From NCBI GenBank assembly GCA_021613535.1, contig CP075494.1, positions 7,068,001 to 7,132,000 on the forward strand: a DNA stretch of 64,000 nt, read 5' to 3'. Under the pieces are notes generated by a model that was not told the DNA's origin, did no database searches, and saw only the letters and a list, made by a program, of their open reading frames with translations. This document shows positions 25,670 through 40,000 of the stretch, one piece after another. Positions within the stretch are counted from its first letter, which is position 1. Each line of letters opens with the position of its first letter. Origin of the DNA: Adineta vaga. Taxonomy: Eukaryota > Animalia > Rotifera. Made by a program: the position numbers and the translations under genes.

Positions 25670-27369
25670 TCAATGTTCACATAGTGAAAATGGTCTTTCA
25701 AACAATAAGTGATTATTTTGTGAAATAAAATATTTTCTTTCATCCATCAATTTCTTACGATGTTCTTTTGCTTGATTCATAGTCATAGGAAAATCAACAT
25801 AATTCATTATTTTATCAACAACGACAGATGGTAAGTCATCAAATGGAGGTATGAATCGTATGAGATCAGTATACCAATGAGATTGTTGTGGTGGAACATG
25901 AGCTGTAGATAATATTCGAAGAGATGGATCAACCAAGAAAAATACTAATATTTTACGTTCACCGAATTGATCTGGCTCGTTCAGTTGAAATGGTGCAACA
26001 CGATGTTGATAAATATTTGGAAATGCAATACAGCGATCTTCTTTAGTAATTATACTACCCAATGATTGATTTAATGGTGTATCATCAACTAAACCATAAA
26101 CAGTTTCTACACCTCGTCTATCATCTTGTTCATAATCAGGATCACGTATTACAGTTCGAAATTGTAAATCGGATTGTGTTAAATTAGAACTGGAATAATA
26201 ATAGATACCAGTTGCAACAATATGTTCATTTTCCATTCCTTCAACATGCCAAACACCACCGGGATATTTTGGATTTTCAGGTGTTAATATAATATTAGCT
26301 AATTTAACAATTACTTGAAGTTTTCTTCCTCGTAAATCAATAGTTGAAGTTAATGGTGATGGCATTTGAAATTCATTAACATCAGGCATTATAATTGGTT
26401 TAGTATTACGATCATCATCGTCATCGTCCTCATATTCATCATCATTATCATCAACTTCATTATCATTATTATTAACTGGTTTTGAGTTATCGTACCATTC
26501 ATAAGGATTTACTTTAATTCGATTCGGTTTATTCTGACCATGAATTAAATCAGTTAAAACTTTGTTAAATAAAGGAATGAAACGTTGAAATATTTGTTCA
26601 ATTAATCGATATAACTTCTCATGTTTAATCGGATGTAAATTATTGATATAGGACTCAATCTTCACTTGACCATCATTTGAAACATGAAATTCAGCTGGTA
26701 ACCACTGATAAGTATTGGATCGCGTATAATCAGCTGATTTCTCTTTTTGTCTTTCTTCTGGAAGTAATTTTTTAAAGCTAACATCAACCATTGTACCTTT
26801 GCCAATATTTTGTAGAGCATTGTTCACATTGATCGTCTGATTTGTATCATTTATAACTCTTGATATTTGATTAACAAAACAAAATAATGAAGGATGAACT
26901 AAATCTAATACTTGATTATTTGTACCAGGATGCCAATCTTGTTCTTTCTCTGGTATATTTTCTAAGATTTTGACGTTTTCAATCAATAAATTTTTCATAT
27001 CATCAGATATCAATGCATCACTTTGCCATACACCATCAACAGTTGACATTTCCATAGATCCATCTCGTATTGAATCGTAATATTCTAATTCAGCGAGAAC
27101 ATAATCAATTTGTTTCTCCGTTAGATGACTTTGTTCCAAAGCTTCTTGTTTCCATTTGTTACGTATTGTTTCATTTTTCATTTTTTCATACCACTTTAAT
27201 TTCGATCGAATACAACCACTCAATTTTACAAGATTTAATTCAATTAATGTTTTTGGTTCTAATCCTTCGCCATAATAACCTGCATAAAATGGATGAGGAA
27301 ATTCTTTTAGATCACTATTTTCACTTGTAAGATTGATTTCTAATGGTGTTTGTATGGTTCCATTGACAT
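25670..27369 (-). CDS. DUF4246-family protein (putative Fe/2OG oxygenase-like), intronless, probably horizontally acquired
   Basis: DWHPGTNNQVLDLVHPSLF, YQWLPAEF, SYINNLHP, LQVIVKLANIILTPENPKYPGGVWHVEGMENEHIVATGIYYY, FPNIYQHRVAPF, RKILVFFLVDP, FSLCEH* end. The frame stays open ~45 codons upstream of the track start; ATG 27369 joins after a 1-nt correction near 27354 (~566 aa). Confidence 0.8.
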
Positions 27370-28024
27370 GTTTTGTCGTTGGTGTGAATGATTTTCTGAC
27401 TTATCAGATAGATTGTATTGTGTCTATAAATTGCTATTATCTAAAATGTAAAGAAGTGTACTCAGTATAAATATGAAAAGCTGAGCCTTTTGTTTAGGGT
27501 TGAGATTTTGATATTAGAAGTATTTGTGATTCGAAATGAAAATGAAAAGATCGTAAATTATGCAGATCTTAATCATTTGTAAGAGCTCACGCCAATCAGA
27601 AGGAATATAGAGGAAAGAAGAGGGCGATACAGGACTGAACGGTAGAATATGTTTAGCAGGTTTTCGCATAGGAAATAGAAATACTTAAAATCATATCTTT
27701 GTTACCCGATGCCAGAACTATATGAAAAAAGTCAACAGTATCGAACATCTAAATGACAATGAAATTTTTTTATACCTAACTTAGTATACAGATACATATA
27801 TCAGGATCTCTAAGACATAGATAACAAGACTGCGGTATTTTCTAAAGCATTTGGATCTTTACATTTGTTTGTATGATATCAACACCTTCACTCTCAATCT
27901 CAAGATCTTGAACAAAAAAGATAATCGAAACAAAACAGAAATACATTTTCAATACTTTATTTAAAAAAATAGTTAGAACTATAAAGAAAACTAGTATACA
28001 CATAGGTGATAATTTTTGAAAAAA

Positions 28025-31000
28025 TCAGTTTAGTTCACCGTTGGATAGGTTCAACCTTCTTGAATCTCCTGGACCTTTGAAGCTGAGATAAGGATTACCC
28101 CTTTTCTTTAAAAGTTCGTCATAAACAAATTTCCTCCGTGCATTATTCAGATCTCTGTTCCAAACACTTCTTCCTCTCTCTCGTATATCCATTGCAGATA
28201 TTTTTTCCAACATGTTTGATGTTGGATTCTCGCCAACAAATACGTTACCATGACGTTTTGATATTAGTGCTTTATCAATTTCGCTTCCAAAGTTTGGGTC
28301 ATCAGGTGCAACATGATCTGGATCATTCGTACGTATCTTACCATCAGGACCAGGAATGACAATATTTGGATTCCACACTAATGATTGCCGTAAAATATAT
28401 ATGTCCTTTGCTTTATTATGTCGTGTCACATCTCGATCTCGTCGTGTTTCGCGCATTTCATCCAGTATGTATTTTTTATTCATCAGATTGCGACGATCAT
28501 TCAAATAGTTTTCCATTTTAGTTTTGAATTCTTCGTCACTCAATAATTTGGTGTCGTCTTGTATTCCATCAACAATCGTTTGCCATTTCACTATATGATG
28601 CCAGCTTAACACTAATTCATTCTCTCCATCTATTCCTTTAAGTTTCGTTTGACGATTAAATTTTTCTGGTCGGTCTTTATTAGTTTTCTTTTTTTCAATC
28701 CAGTCTCTTATACTTTTGACGTCGTCAGCACTTAATTCTAAATTTTTATTTTCAGGATTTTGACGAAGACCAGTTAAACTATCATAATGGGCTCGTATAT
28801 TAGTTCGATTTGTCCACTGAAATTCATCCAATAATTTTGGGTCATTTTTCATTGCCAAAGAAACATTTTCTCGAAGATCTTTAACAACCTTTTCATCATC
28901 AAGAATCTTTCTTGCATCTTCAAATGATTCACCTTGAGACATTGCATTAGCAACTAATACAACATTATAGTAACAATCGTTTTTATTTTGACTATTCGTA
29001 TCGATACTAATAGATTTACCATTGACTAATAATTCTGCATGTTTTGTACCATCGCCATTATCTTTAATAATAAAATTAATATCTGAACCATCTTCTCGTC
29101 TTAAAGTACACTGTTGTTCACCATTGGTAACTTCATCTTTTGTTACTTCACATCCTAATACTGTATCAATCTTTTTCTGTTCATGTATACCTGCTGGTTT
29201 ATCACCTCGAACACTTTCATAATATTCTTTTGATGATGGTCTTTGCACATAAATTTGACCATCTTTACCATAAAATACTGTCACTGCATCGCCATATAAT
29301 TCAATCATTTTTTCTAGATTTTCACCACCACCATTTGCTGGACAAACATCTTTAAGATCAATATTCAATTTTGTTATATCAATAGGTCTTGCTTCAGCTA
29401 CGTAAATAGCTAAATTGTCTGCATATCTCGTTTTCGTATCTAATGGATTTGAAGCGGCATGAATTAATTCAAATGTATTTGCTAATCGTTCGACACGATC
29501 CGTACCAGCAACAGATTCAATACCTCGACTGATCATCATGTTTGAAGCATAATTAAGAACTGGTGCAAGAATTCCACTTTTAAGTTTTTGATTAAAGTTT
29601 TCCATCAAACAACTGGATATTTGATCAAATTTTTCCTTTTGGTATTTATCAAAACAATTTTTATTCGCTTCTGTCAATTTATATTCTTGACATGTATTTT
29701 TCCAGCTTTTTCTCGCATCTTTCAAATCATTAACTAGACTATTGATAAAATTACTTATCATACCAATGATATCTTTGATACTAATACCTAAGCCAACTAG
29801 TGTTGGAGCACGTGATATAAGCATATTTATGATTGTGCCTTTCATACCACTGACATCTGCTAATGCTTTTCCTAAACCTTGAATTACAGGACCACATCGA
29901 CGTGTAAAATTTTTAAAAGCACCATCTTCTGAGACGTTTTGTAATTTACGATTAATACAATCGTCAATAATTCCTATTGAATCTTTTCCTTCAGTTACAC
30001 GAAAGATTTCTAACATTTCAGTTTCAAGTATATTCCATGAGCCTTTGAGTGAAGCAGCGATTTTATCACGTAATTCACTTTCATAAGTATCTGATAATGT
30101 ATCAAGCATCTTACCAATACCCATCGATGCTAATTCAGCTAAACCAGTTTGAACTAATGTTTTTGCTATTTCTTTTCCAACATATTTACTAATATTTGCC
30201 GTTGTATGTAATGCAGCTGCAGCAGTATGTAGTTTTTGTGCACCTGTTAATTGTTGAAAAGCCCATGCTTTCTTCAAACTTTTTAATCGTTTCGCATTTT
30301 TCAAATAAGATACTCCAACAAAAACAACGGCAGTTATTGCACTCGTTTTCATACTTTGTTTTTTATGTTGCCAATATTTTTCCCAACTGAATTCACCAGA
30401 CATGGCACAACTTATACCAAATAGAATATCATCACATCCCGTACTAATCAAAAATTCACCAATCAATTGTCCAGCAAACGGTATAAATGCTTTTGCTAAA
30501 ACACCAGCTGTAACTTGAATAACACCCAATGCAATAACAGCAGCAATTTCATACCATTGTGGTGGATCTTTCTTTTCTTGCAAATGAAATATAACATCAA
30601 ATGCTAAGTCAATAAATTCATCAAGTGCTTCTGGTACATGTTTTTTATTATCAAGAAAACAATTCGTTTTGATTTGAAGATAACTTGTGATTGTTTTATC
30701 ATCAGGCATTTTCTTTAAATCACCAATTGTTTGATCAATAATATTGAAAACGGTTCTCACAGCTTCTTCTAATTCTTCTTTCTTGTCTATCGGTAATTCA
30801 AAGTCGAGAAATGATTTAATTTCTTTTTCAATAACTTTTCTTTGTTCGTCAACTTCTTTTGAAGTAGTTAAACGAATATTAATTCGTGGTTGTTTGATTA
30901 GCGGAGTACTTTGTAGATAATTCCATAAGTAATTTATTGCTTCTTCTTCTGTTTTATGCAAATTAAAATCATTTGTATAGATACTTTCTTTTAATGTAAT

Positions 31001-34000
31001 ATAAGAATCACCATTATCGAGATCTTCTTGAGCAATAATCATCTTTAAGAAACTTTGTCGAAGTATTGTATCAAATTTTTCAAAATCATCTGTATAATGA
31101 CGTTCAAAATCGTACAAATTGAAATATTTATATTCGTTATTGTTGGTTTTCATTATTTTATGTTTTTGAATTCTAAATTGATTGACTTCTTCAAAACATT
31201 GATGTTTTTCTAAAAATTTGTCGAATATCTTCCATTGACATTCTGTAACATTCGTTGCTTTTTTTAATGTAAGGAAAGTATTTATTTTCGATAAAATCTC
31301 AGTTTTCGTACCTAGGACTGTTCTCTCTTTAACAACGTTTCCAGCCCAGTCAAATAAAATGCTTTTTATCGGTAACAATTCATCAGAAAAACATTCTTTC
31401 TCTAATTTTTCTTGATCGAAATTGTGAATTAGATATAACTGATCTCCAGATGCATTGATAATTTGGGTAATAAAACCATCCTTTTTGAGTTTTTTTATCA
31501 CACTTTCTAAATACGGTATGAATATCTTCTTCTCCATAATTGCCTTTTGGAACACTTTTTCATTGAATTCACTCAAATCATTGCTATGTCTCTCTTTCCA
31601 TTTCTCTTGTAGATAATTCATGAAAGCATCTTTTGTTTCTTGGTTATTAAATATTGATGGTAAATCAAGTGATTCTATTGGTTTTTTCGTAATTCGTGAT
31701 GGTTTAATAAATTCTTTCTGTTTCAATTCATTGAATAATTGTTCAGCTTTCTTTTCATCAGAAAGATATTTATTTCCTGTCAAATCTTTCGAATCAATTG
31801 ACGAACCAATAGCATTGATAACTGTTCCAGAAAATATATTCCATATCGTTGATTTCTCTTTCACTTGCTTATCATATTCATTTCCATAATTAGCCAAACC
31901 TAATTTACGATTTTTTTCTCCTATTTCAACTGCAACTTGTGTAGCATTGGTTAAAAATTGAAATTCCTTTTCAAGTGATTGTTTCACACAAAGTAAACTA
32001 CGTTTAAATTCATGTTTACTTTCAAGACCTCTGAAATAATTGATATTTTGACGACATGAACTTGTATAATAATTAGTTGATGCGTAAAAACGATCCAAAC
32101 CAGCTTCTTGATAACATATCAATGCTTTCGACCAATTTTCACTATCTCGATAATATTTACCTAGTTTAATTAATTCACTTGGTTCAATAATTAGTTTTTG
32201 AAAATCATTTGCTTCGATATCATTTTCAATAGTTAATTGAAATTCATTGAATTTTTCAATGATTTTCTTTTTACCAATGACATTTATCATATTGATAGAT
32301 TCAGTCATAGAATCTAACCAAAATGCCCATCGATTTTTTAAACTATTCATTTGAAATTGTTTATATAGATAACCATGATATCGAATACTATTATCATTGG
32401 ATAATTTATTTTCAATTTTCTGATATAATTTTGTGAAACCAAGACAAGATAATTGATCATCATCATTATCATCAGTAAATCCTTGTAATAAATCTTCTTC
32501 AATTTGTATTTTAGGTAAATCATTGATGAGAAAAGCTTCTAATCTTTCTTTTTCTTGTTGATTTCGTAATTGTTTTAATGTTTCAATTGTCAAACCATAT
32601 TGACTGATGATTATATATTCTCCCGTACCTTTATTACCTTTTCGAGCTGTTCGACCGAATGCTTGCATTTCAATTCGAATATTTGTTGGTAAGTAAGTCG
32701 TAATGACATGTAAACCACCATTTGCTTCTAGTTTATCTGATGTTTCTAAATCAGTACCTCGACCAGCTAAATTTGTTGCGATAATAATATCACCAGGATT
32801 CATTTGATCAATATGAAAATCTTCATACGCACTTTTATAATCTTTAACATTGGGATATGAACTTGATAGATATTCTTTTAAGACTAAAACACTTTTTACA
32901 TTTTCACAAATAATTAAAACAGCTCGTCGTCGATCCTTAGTTCCTAATTTCGTTTTAATTTCTCTATCTAATGCATTTTGAATACTTTCAAGCCAAGTAT
33001 TTTGACCTGTTGTTACATTTCCTTTCAATTCTCGAAACAATTCTTGTTTAAATCTTGGTAATTCAAAAAATCGAAGTTGATATACTTTATCCAATAGAAA
33101 TTGTTCATCACTTGAACCTAAAGAACCCGTTAAACCAATAATATGATTTTTATATCGTTTAAAAAATGACATATTTGATATAAATACAGCTTTCAATGAT
33201 TCCGGTGTTAATCTTCTCATATGTTTTAATTGTAAAAATTGATGTACACCATTACTCCATCGCGTTGATAATTGTTCTGTACCTGTATCTTTATCCATGA
33301 CAGTTATTTGAACTTCTGATTTCGATGATTTATCTGATTTATCTCGCGATACAATATATGTATCATTGGGAATCATATCTCGAACATGAAATGCACTTCG
33401 AATCCAAGTAATCATTCGTCTTTTAATAAATGATCGTATATTTATATAATCACAATTATGTGAATCATATTCAGGTATTTCAATATTTTTCTCATTGATT
33501 TGTTCAAGAATCATATTCGATACTTCACCAATTAAAGTATCATCAATCATATGACCACGTATAGCATCAAACATTGGTTGATTAATCGTTTGCCAAATTG
33601 AAATAAATATTCTTTCTAATGATTTTAATGTATCAATATTATGTGATAAATAAAGTACCATATTTGCTTTATCTAATAACATACTATCAACTTCATCAAT
33701 AATAACACTAGATATACTGTTCTTCGATAATCGTTGACCAATAATATTTTGATTGGGATCATTTTTATTGAATTCAGTTAATGAAATATCTCGTTCAAAA
33801 CATGAACATTCACCATAAATGACATCAACGGGTCCCTTCAAGTTATAATATCTTAATTTTCGAATTTCTTCTACTGTTTGTTTTCCATCGCCTTGTTCAC
33901 AAAACACATCACAATTATTAGAAACCTGTAATCCAAACATGAAGAAAAATGGTTCAAATTCTTTTGCATCTCGAATAGCTAAAACACTTGAACTTGTAAT

Positions 34001-37000
34001 AACATCGATTCGATGACACCCCAATGCTTTAATTGCAGCTAATGCAGCAACAATAATTGATTTACCTTCACCTGTTGATATCTGTGCTAAACATCCCGTA
34101 TTTGTTGTATTCAAATTTGGATTTAAGAATAACCATAATGCAAGAATTTGAGTATCTTTTGGATAAAAGTTTTTAAATAGATAAATAGCTTGACTAACAA
34201 CGACAATCGCGTTTTGAACATCTTTTTCGACTGATAATAATCGATTTCCTCTGACTTTCTTTGACCATTTTTTAATATCATCTACAGTCCAAAGTTTCAC
34301 AGGTTGATCAGAGATTTCCGAATCAATTGATTCATCTCGTTTATCAACTAATGATTTTAAAACGCTTAAAATGTCCGTACTGCGAAGGTAATCTTGTATT
34401 GATTTATTCAAACTGTTTTTATCTTCTTTCATTAATCTAATTAATTCATCAAAATCTCTTTTTATCGATCGTTTTTTCTCCATATAATCTTCAATTTGTT
34501 GTTCCCATTCGTTATTTTCTGTCTTTTGAAGGATGATAAGAATATCCTCGTTCAATAACCATTCATTATTGGAAATATTCATTAATAAATGAATAACATT
34601 TTGAGAAATAAATGTTTCATCTGGAATAGCATCGATTAGTTGAAACATTTTCTCTTCTGAATACGAAGTTTTGATGATTTCTAAATATTGAATAATTTTT
34701 GTTCGTTCATCTTCTAAAGCTTTTCTGTTCAATTGTAATTTTTGAATAATCCGAAATCGTGTTAAATAAGGTAATAAACTATTGAATGTTTTCGAATGAA
34801 TATCTTCTATGATCAATTGATCATCTATTGGATTTTGAACATCTGATTTCCATGTCAAAGAATTGATGATTTTCATTAGAATTGTTGTTTCAGTTAGATA
34901 TGTAAGAACTATTCTTTGTAAATCATTGAAATTAATTAAATAATTAGGATCTTTTTTCAATTCATAGGTAAATCGAGTTCTTAGGAAACGAAAGAATATT
35001 TCTTTGTCATTAACATTGATATTTTGATTTAATTTGATCATTTTTAATGTTGTAGATATATTCTTTAATGATTGATTATATGTAATTTCGATTTGATAAT
35101 ATTTTGATTCGATAAATTCATCTGAATGATTCAAATCTTCAATTTTCAGATCATTGAAATTGAATTGATCGAAGTAACGATCAAATATCATATTTAAATC
35201 ATCTTCTATCTTGTCAAAATTTAAATACAAAAGCCAATTTTCCATACGAAAGTTTTCTAAGAATTTTACCGATCGATTGAAATTGTTTGTAACCGATAGC
35301 AAAGAAAAAATTTCAGCTAATTTTTCAAGATTCAGTTTTGTAGAATTCGAATTGATTAATTTGGCTTGCAATAAAGTTGCTAATCTCATGAAATTTTCAA
35401 AGCCAACAAAGAAATAAAGAGTGTCGATCGATGATTTCAATATTTGAATAGAATTCAAATCTTTGATGAATTGATTCATTAGACCAAGTGGTGTGGTTTG
35501 TAAATTGAATGATTCAACTTTTTCGTTGGAATATTTCAAAATGTAACTGATTGTTTCCATCGAATCTTTCTTTTCTTTGATTTTTGTTTGCCAAATAGTA
35601 ATTAAAGTATCGTCATCGTCAACGTTAGTTTGTTTTTCTTTGATTGAATGGTCAATAAAATTAAATTGACTTTTTAAATGATCACAATCGAATTTATAGA
35701 ATTTGAGTAAAGTTACAAGAAATAAATCAACCGATAGATCACTTATTTCTCGATTCCATTCATGGACATCAGTTTCAGTGATGATGTCTTTGATATTTTT
35801 GATTTGCATCGAATTTTTAAACGTATCAAATGTTAATGATTTATCAGGACTTTGTTTGAACATTATTTTTAAATATTCATCGAAAAATTTCTCTTTTATC
35901 GAATGAAACTTTTTGATTAATTTATCTTTTCCTTTCCATTGTTCTTCTTCACTTATCATTTGACGTGAAAGTTCATTCAAAACTGTAAATTTCATTTCTA
36001 AAGGTATTTTTGCATTACTTATTTCTTCCATTGGAATTTGCACTTCTTCCTCTACTTCATGAACTATTTCTGGTTCAGGTACATTGTTAGTTGTCGTATT
36101 TGCAATTTCTAAGCTTTGTTTTATTTTCAAATTCTTTAATTCTAAGGTCGTTTTTGTAAATAATTGATTAATTCGATCAAAATATGATTGACCAAGTTTT
36201 GGAATTGATTGATTCGTAGTCGATAAACAATTATCTACTTTCTTCAACCATGTTTTAATGATTTCATCGATTGTATCCAATTTTACTTGATAATCACTAT
36301 GTAACATGTTTAATTCTTGTTGTAATTGATTTTCTTGTATACGTAAACGAAAGATATTTTCAAATTCATAGAAATAATTGTATTTAATTGTTGATTGTTG
36401 AATTTTCTTACTACGAATGATATCTTTAAACTTTTGAATCGATGCTGTAAATATTTCAATTGCTTTATTTAACAAATCTTGTTTTGTTGTTGGATCATAT
36501 TCTAATAATCTCCAAGAGAAATATTGGAATGTTTCGTTGAAACTTTCAAAAAATTTATTGTATTCGAGTTTAGTATGAAATTTGCTAATGGATTCGTCAA
36601 ATAAAATTGAGAATTCCTCGAAAATAATAATACTATCTTCGCTTGTATAGTTATTCTCGAGAACATGTTGGTAGAATCTGCAATGTCATCATCAAGTTTA
36701 ATAGGTAAAATTATCTTTGTAAATTGGCACAAATCCGAATTAATTTGATTGTTTAAATAAATATGAACTTTATTGATAAATTGTTTTTTATCAGGAATTG
36801 TTTGTAATTTTTCAATTTCGGTTAATAAATCTTTTAAGATAATTAACTGTTTGTTATGATCAGCATTGGAAAGTTTCAATAATTTTTCTATATTAAGATT
36901 TACACACGATTTTTCTCGTTCTTTATTCAATAAATCACTAGTGGAAATATTAAACCAAAATAAGTCAATGATTTTTTGTATCAAATCATTTAAACTCTTC

Positions 37001-40000
37001 TTCTCTTCTTCATATTTAGTTAATTCATCTTTGTATTTCAAATTCAATTTTGATTTCGCTAGTTTTATTAAAAACATTCGATAATCCATTTGAATTGATT
37101 CTATTTTGTCGAATTTTGTTATTTGCTCTTCAATTTTTTGTAACATTGCCCAATCAAAAGTGTCATTAGTCATCTCGAAATTTAAAAGAATCTTCTTCAG
37201 AATCGACTGATAGTTTGCTGTTTCAATTGACGTGCGTTTTTCCGTAACAGTCTTGAGTAAATCGAATATTCGTTGATTATTAACCGATTTTGATTGTTTT
37301 AATTCATCATTAAATTTATCAAAATGCTTTTCTAACGAACAATCTTTTGAAAAATCTATTTTTTCGATAAATAATCGAATTTTTAAATTGATTTGTTCTA
37401 ATTGTTGTTTGGATATTTTAAGACAATTCAATGGCGTAAGAATCAATGCTGCATTTAATTCTTTAGTACATGCTAAAATATCTGACCATTGTAATTTATG
37501 GATTTGAAAAGTGTTTTTTATTGCTACAATTGTATTGAATAATTCGTTTTTTTTAAATTCAATCGATTCAATTGTTTTTTCTTGTAAACATTTGGATAGA
37601 TAGTTAAATGTGATATTTAAAATACGATTTTTGTGTTTAACACCGATGAATAAATTTGCAAAATCGTTGTCAAGATTAGCGATTAAATTTTCATATTGTT
37701 CATCAATTAACAAACTAAATTGCTTGAATAATTCAAGAAATTGTTTATCTTTTTCATTCTTAATTAAATTTTGAAAAAATTCATCCAATGAAAGTAAAAC
37801 ATTGACATTAATAGTTGAGTGTTTCAAGATGCTTAAAACTATTGAAATAAGTTGTTAATATTTCAATTGAACGTTTTGATTCATCTTTGATGAAAATTTC
37901 AAGAAAAAATTTTTCATCGAAGGAAAAATTCGTTTTATAAATCGAGCCATTTTTTGCTTTAATCAGTGAATAAAGTTCTTCTAAATTCCTCTGATCATCA
38001 GTTGCCGGCATGGCATTGATTAATTGAAATAATTCTTTATTGTGATCTTTTTTCAAAACAAAAGAATCGATTTTATTATCTTGTAAACATCGATAGACAA
38101 TTTGAAATTCTTCTTCACTAATTTTACTTAGAATGATTTCATCTTGATGAGAAACTTTGGCCAGATGATCTCTTGATAAAACTCTTAGTGAATATTTCTC
38201 GAATGTCATAATGTTTGCTTTGAATTCATTCAAAATAGGATTAATCTCAGCGATATTATTAAGTCCACTCGTCAATATCAGACAATATTTTTGTAGACGA
38301 TTTCGAAATAAAATTGCATAGTCAATTAAGGTTTTAAAGTCCGAATTAGTATTGTTTTTCTCAAAAAATTCCTTGATCATTTGCATTAATTCTGAATAGA
38401 TTGTATATACCTTTGAAACATTTAATTTATTTGATGATGTTACATAGATTTCATCAACGTAATCGAACAATGTTAAATAACCATTATCAATTAAATCTTT
38501 CAAATGAGTTTGAAAGCTTTCTTTGAGTTTGTGTTTATCTGGATCTAAAGATGATGAGTCATCGATATAAGATGAAAATTGTTTCTTTTTTTCTTCATAT
38601 ATATTTAAGATTTCGTCGAAATAGTAGCGTTTTAATATTTGATTGTTTTTCATGATAGTTTCGTATAGAATCTTATTTCTTAGATCATCCTTTTGTTCGA
38701 ACTTTTCAGATAATTTTTGAGCGATTTGTTCGATTTGATTTTTGATTGAAGTATCCAATCCTTTTTTTGTTATTTTGATTAATAAATCATCAAATATCGA
38801 TAAGAATATGTAGAATACGATCATAATATCATCTTCACATCCATTCAATAAGTGTTTGATGGTATTTTCTAAGATGGGATGAACAATGAAATCTTTCAGA
38901 TCGGACTTTTCTGTTTCAATAGACGAGCGAAGTTTTAATTCATTTTTGAATTTTTCTTGAAGATCGATAATAATATTGAGATTATATAGGATGAAATGTG
39001 TTCGACATGACCATAAATCTGGCGATTCTGAATCAAAAACATGCTTAATTTCATTAGTAACACAACGCTGGATGTTTAATTGTAATTTGTTTTTCAATAA
39101 ATCTAATTTTTCATATACAACTTCTTTCAAGTTATCAAAATATTCGATTTGTTCAGTCGAATATTCCGTAAAACCATTTCTTGATTCAATTTCTTTATAA
39201 AAACTTTTATAGATATAATTTTCTTGTTCTTTCAATAGTTTTACTTCTTCCGTATTAAAATTCAGATTATTCAATATTCCAATTAAATCTTCTTTATCTA
39301 GTAAATGATTTTGTACTTTAAAATTTTGTTTATCTCGAAAATAAATCGTATATCTATTTTGATCATTCTTTGTAATAACAAGTTTATTTCCATTTCTAAT
39401 TTGTATATCATCAGTACTATTAATTTCTCTTGATATTAAGTAAATATAACCAATATATTTGTTATAATCACTGTAAGATAAATCGATGATTTCCGTTGAA
39501 TTTTCTTTTTGATTTTTGTTCATTTTGTCGAGTTTTTCTGATCGTAATTGTTCATATAGTTTTTGAACATTTTGAACAAAAACATGAGGATCTACGCTTT
39601 TGGAAGTATCGATTCCATTCAAAAAATTAATATTTGTTTGTAAATTCATATTTTTATATAACAGACGTATAAGATTTTCACATTTTTGTTGATTCATTAA
39701 TATATTATCGAGACGAATTTTCAGTTTCTTCTTTTCAACTTGGAAAAATAACTTTAACTTTATTATAAAAATCTTTTTATCATTAATTATGCCACTATAT
39801 TGATATTCTTGGATATTAATTAAATATTTATACAAATCTTCGAGAATGATTTTGATTTTCTGTTTGAATTCATCAGTTAAATATAAATTGTTTATAAATT
39901 CGTCAATTTCTGTATTGTTCTCGAAGTTACTTCCGTTTGACCGGATGTGTCGTTGAAATAATCGAAAAATATCGAGTTTTCTATTCTTTTTCATATGATT

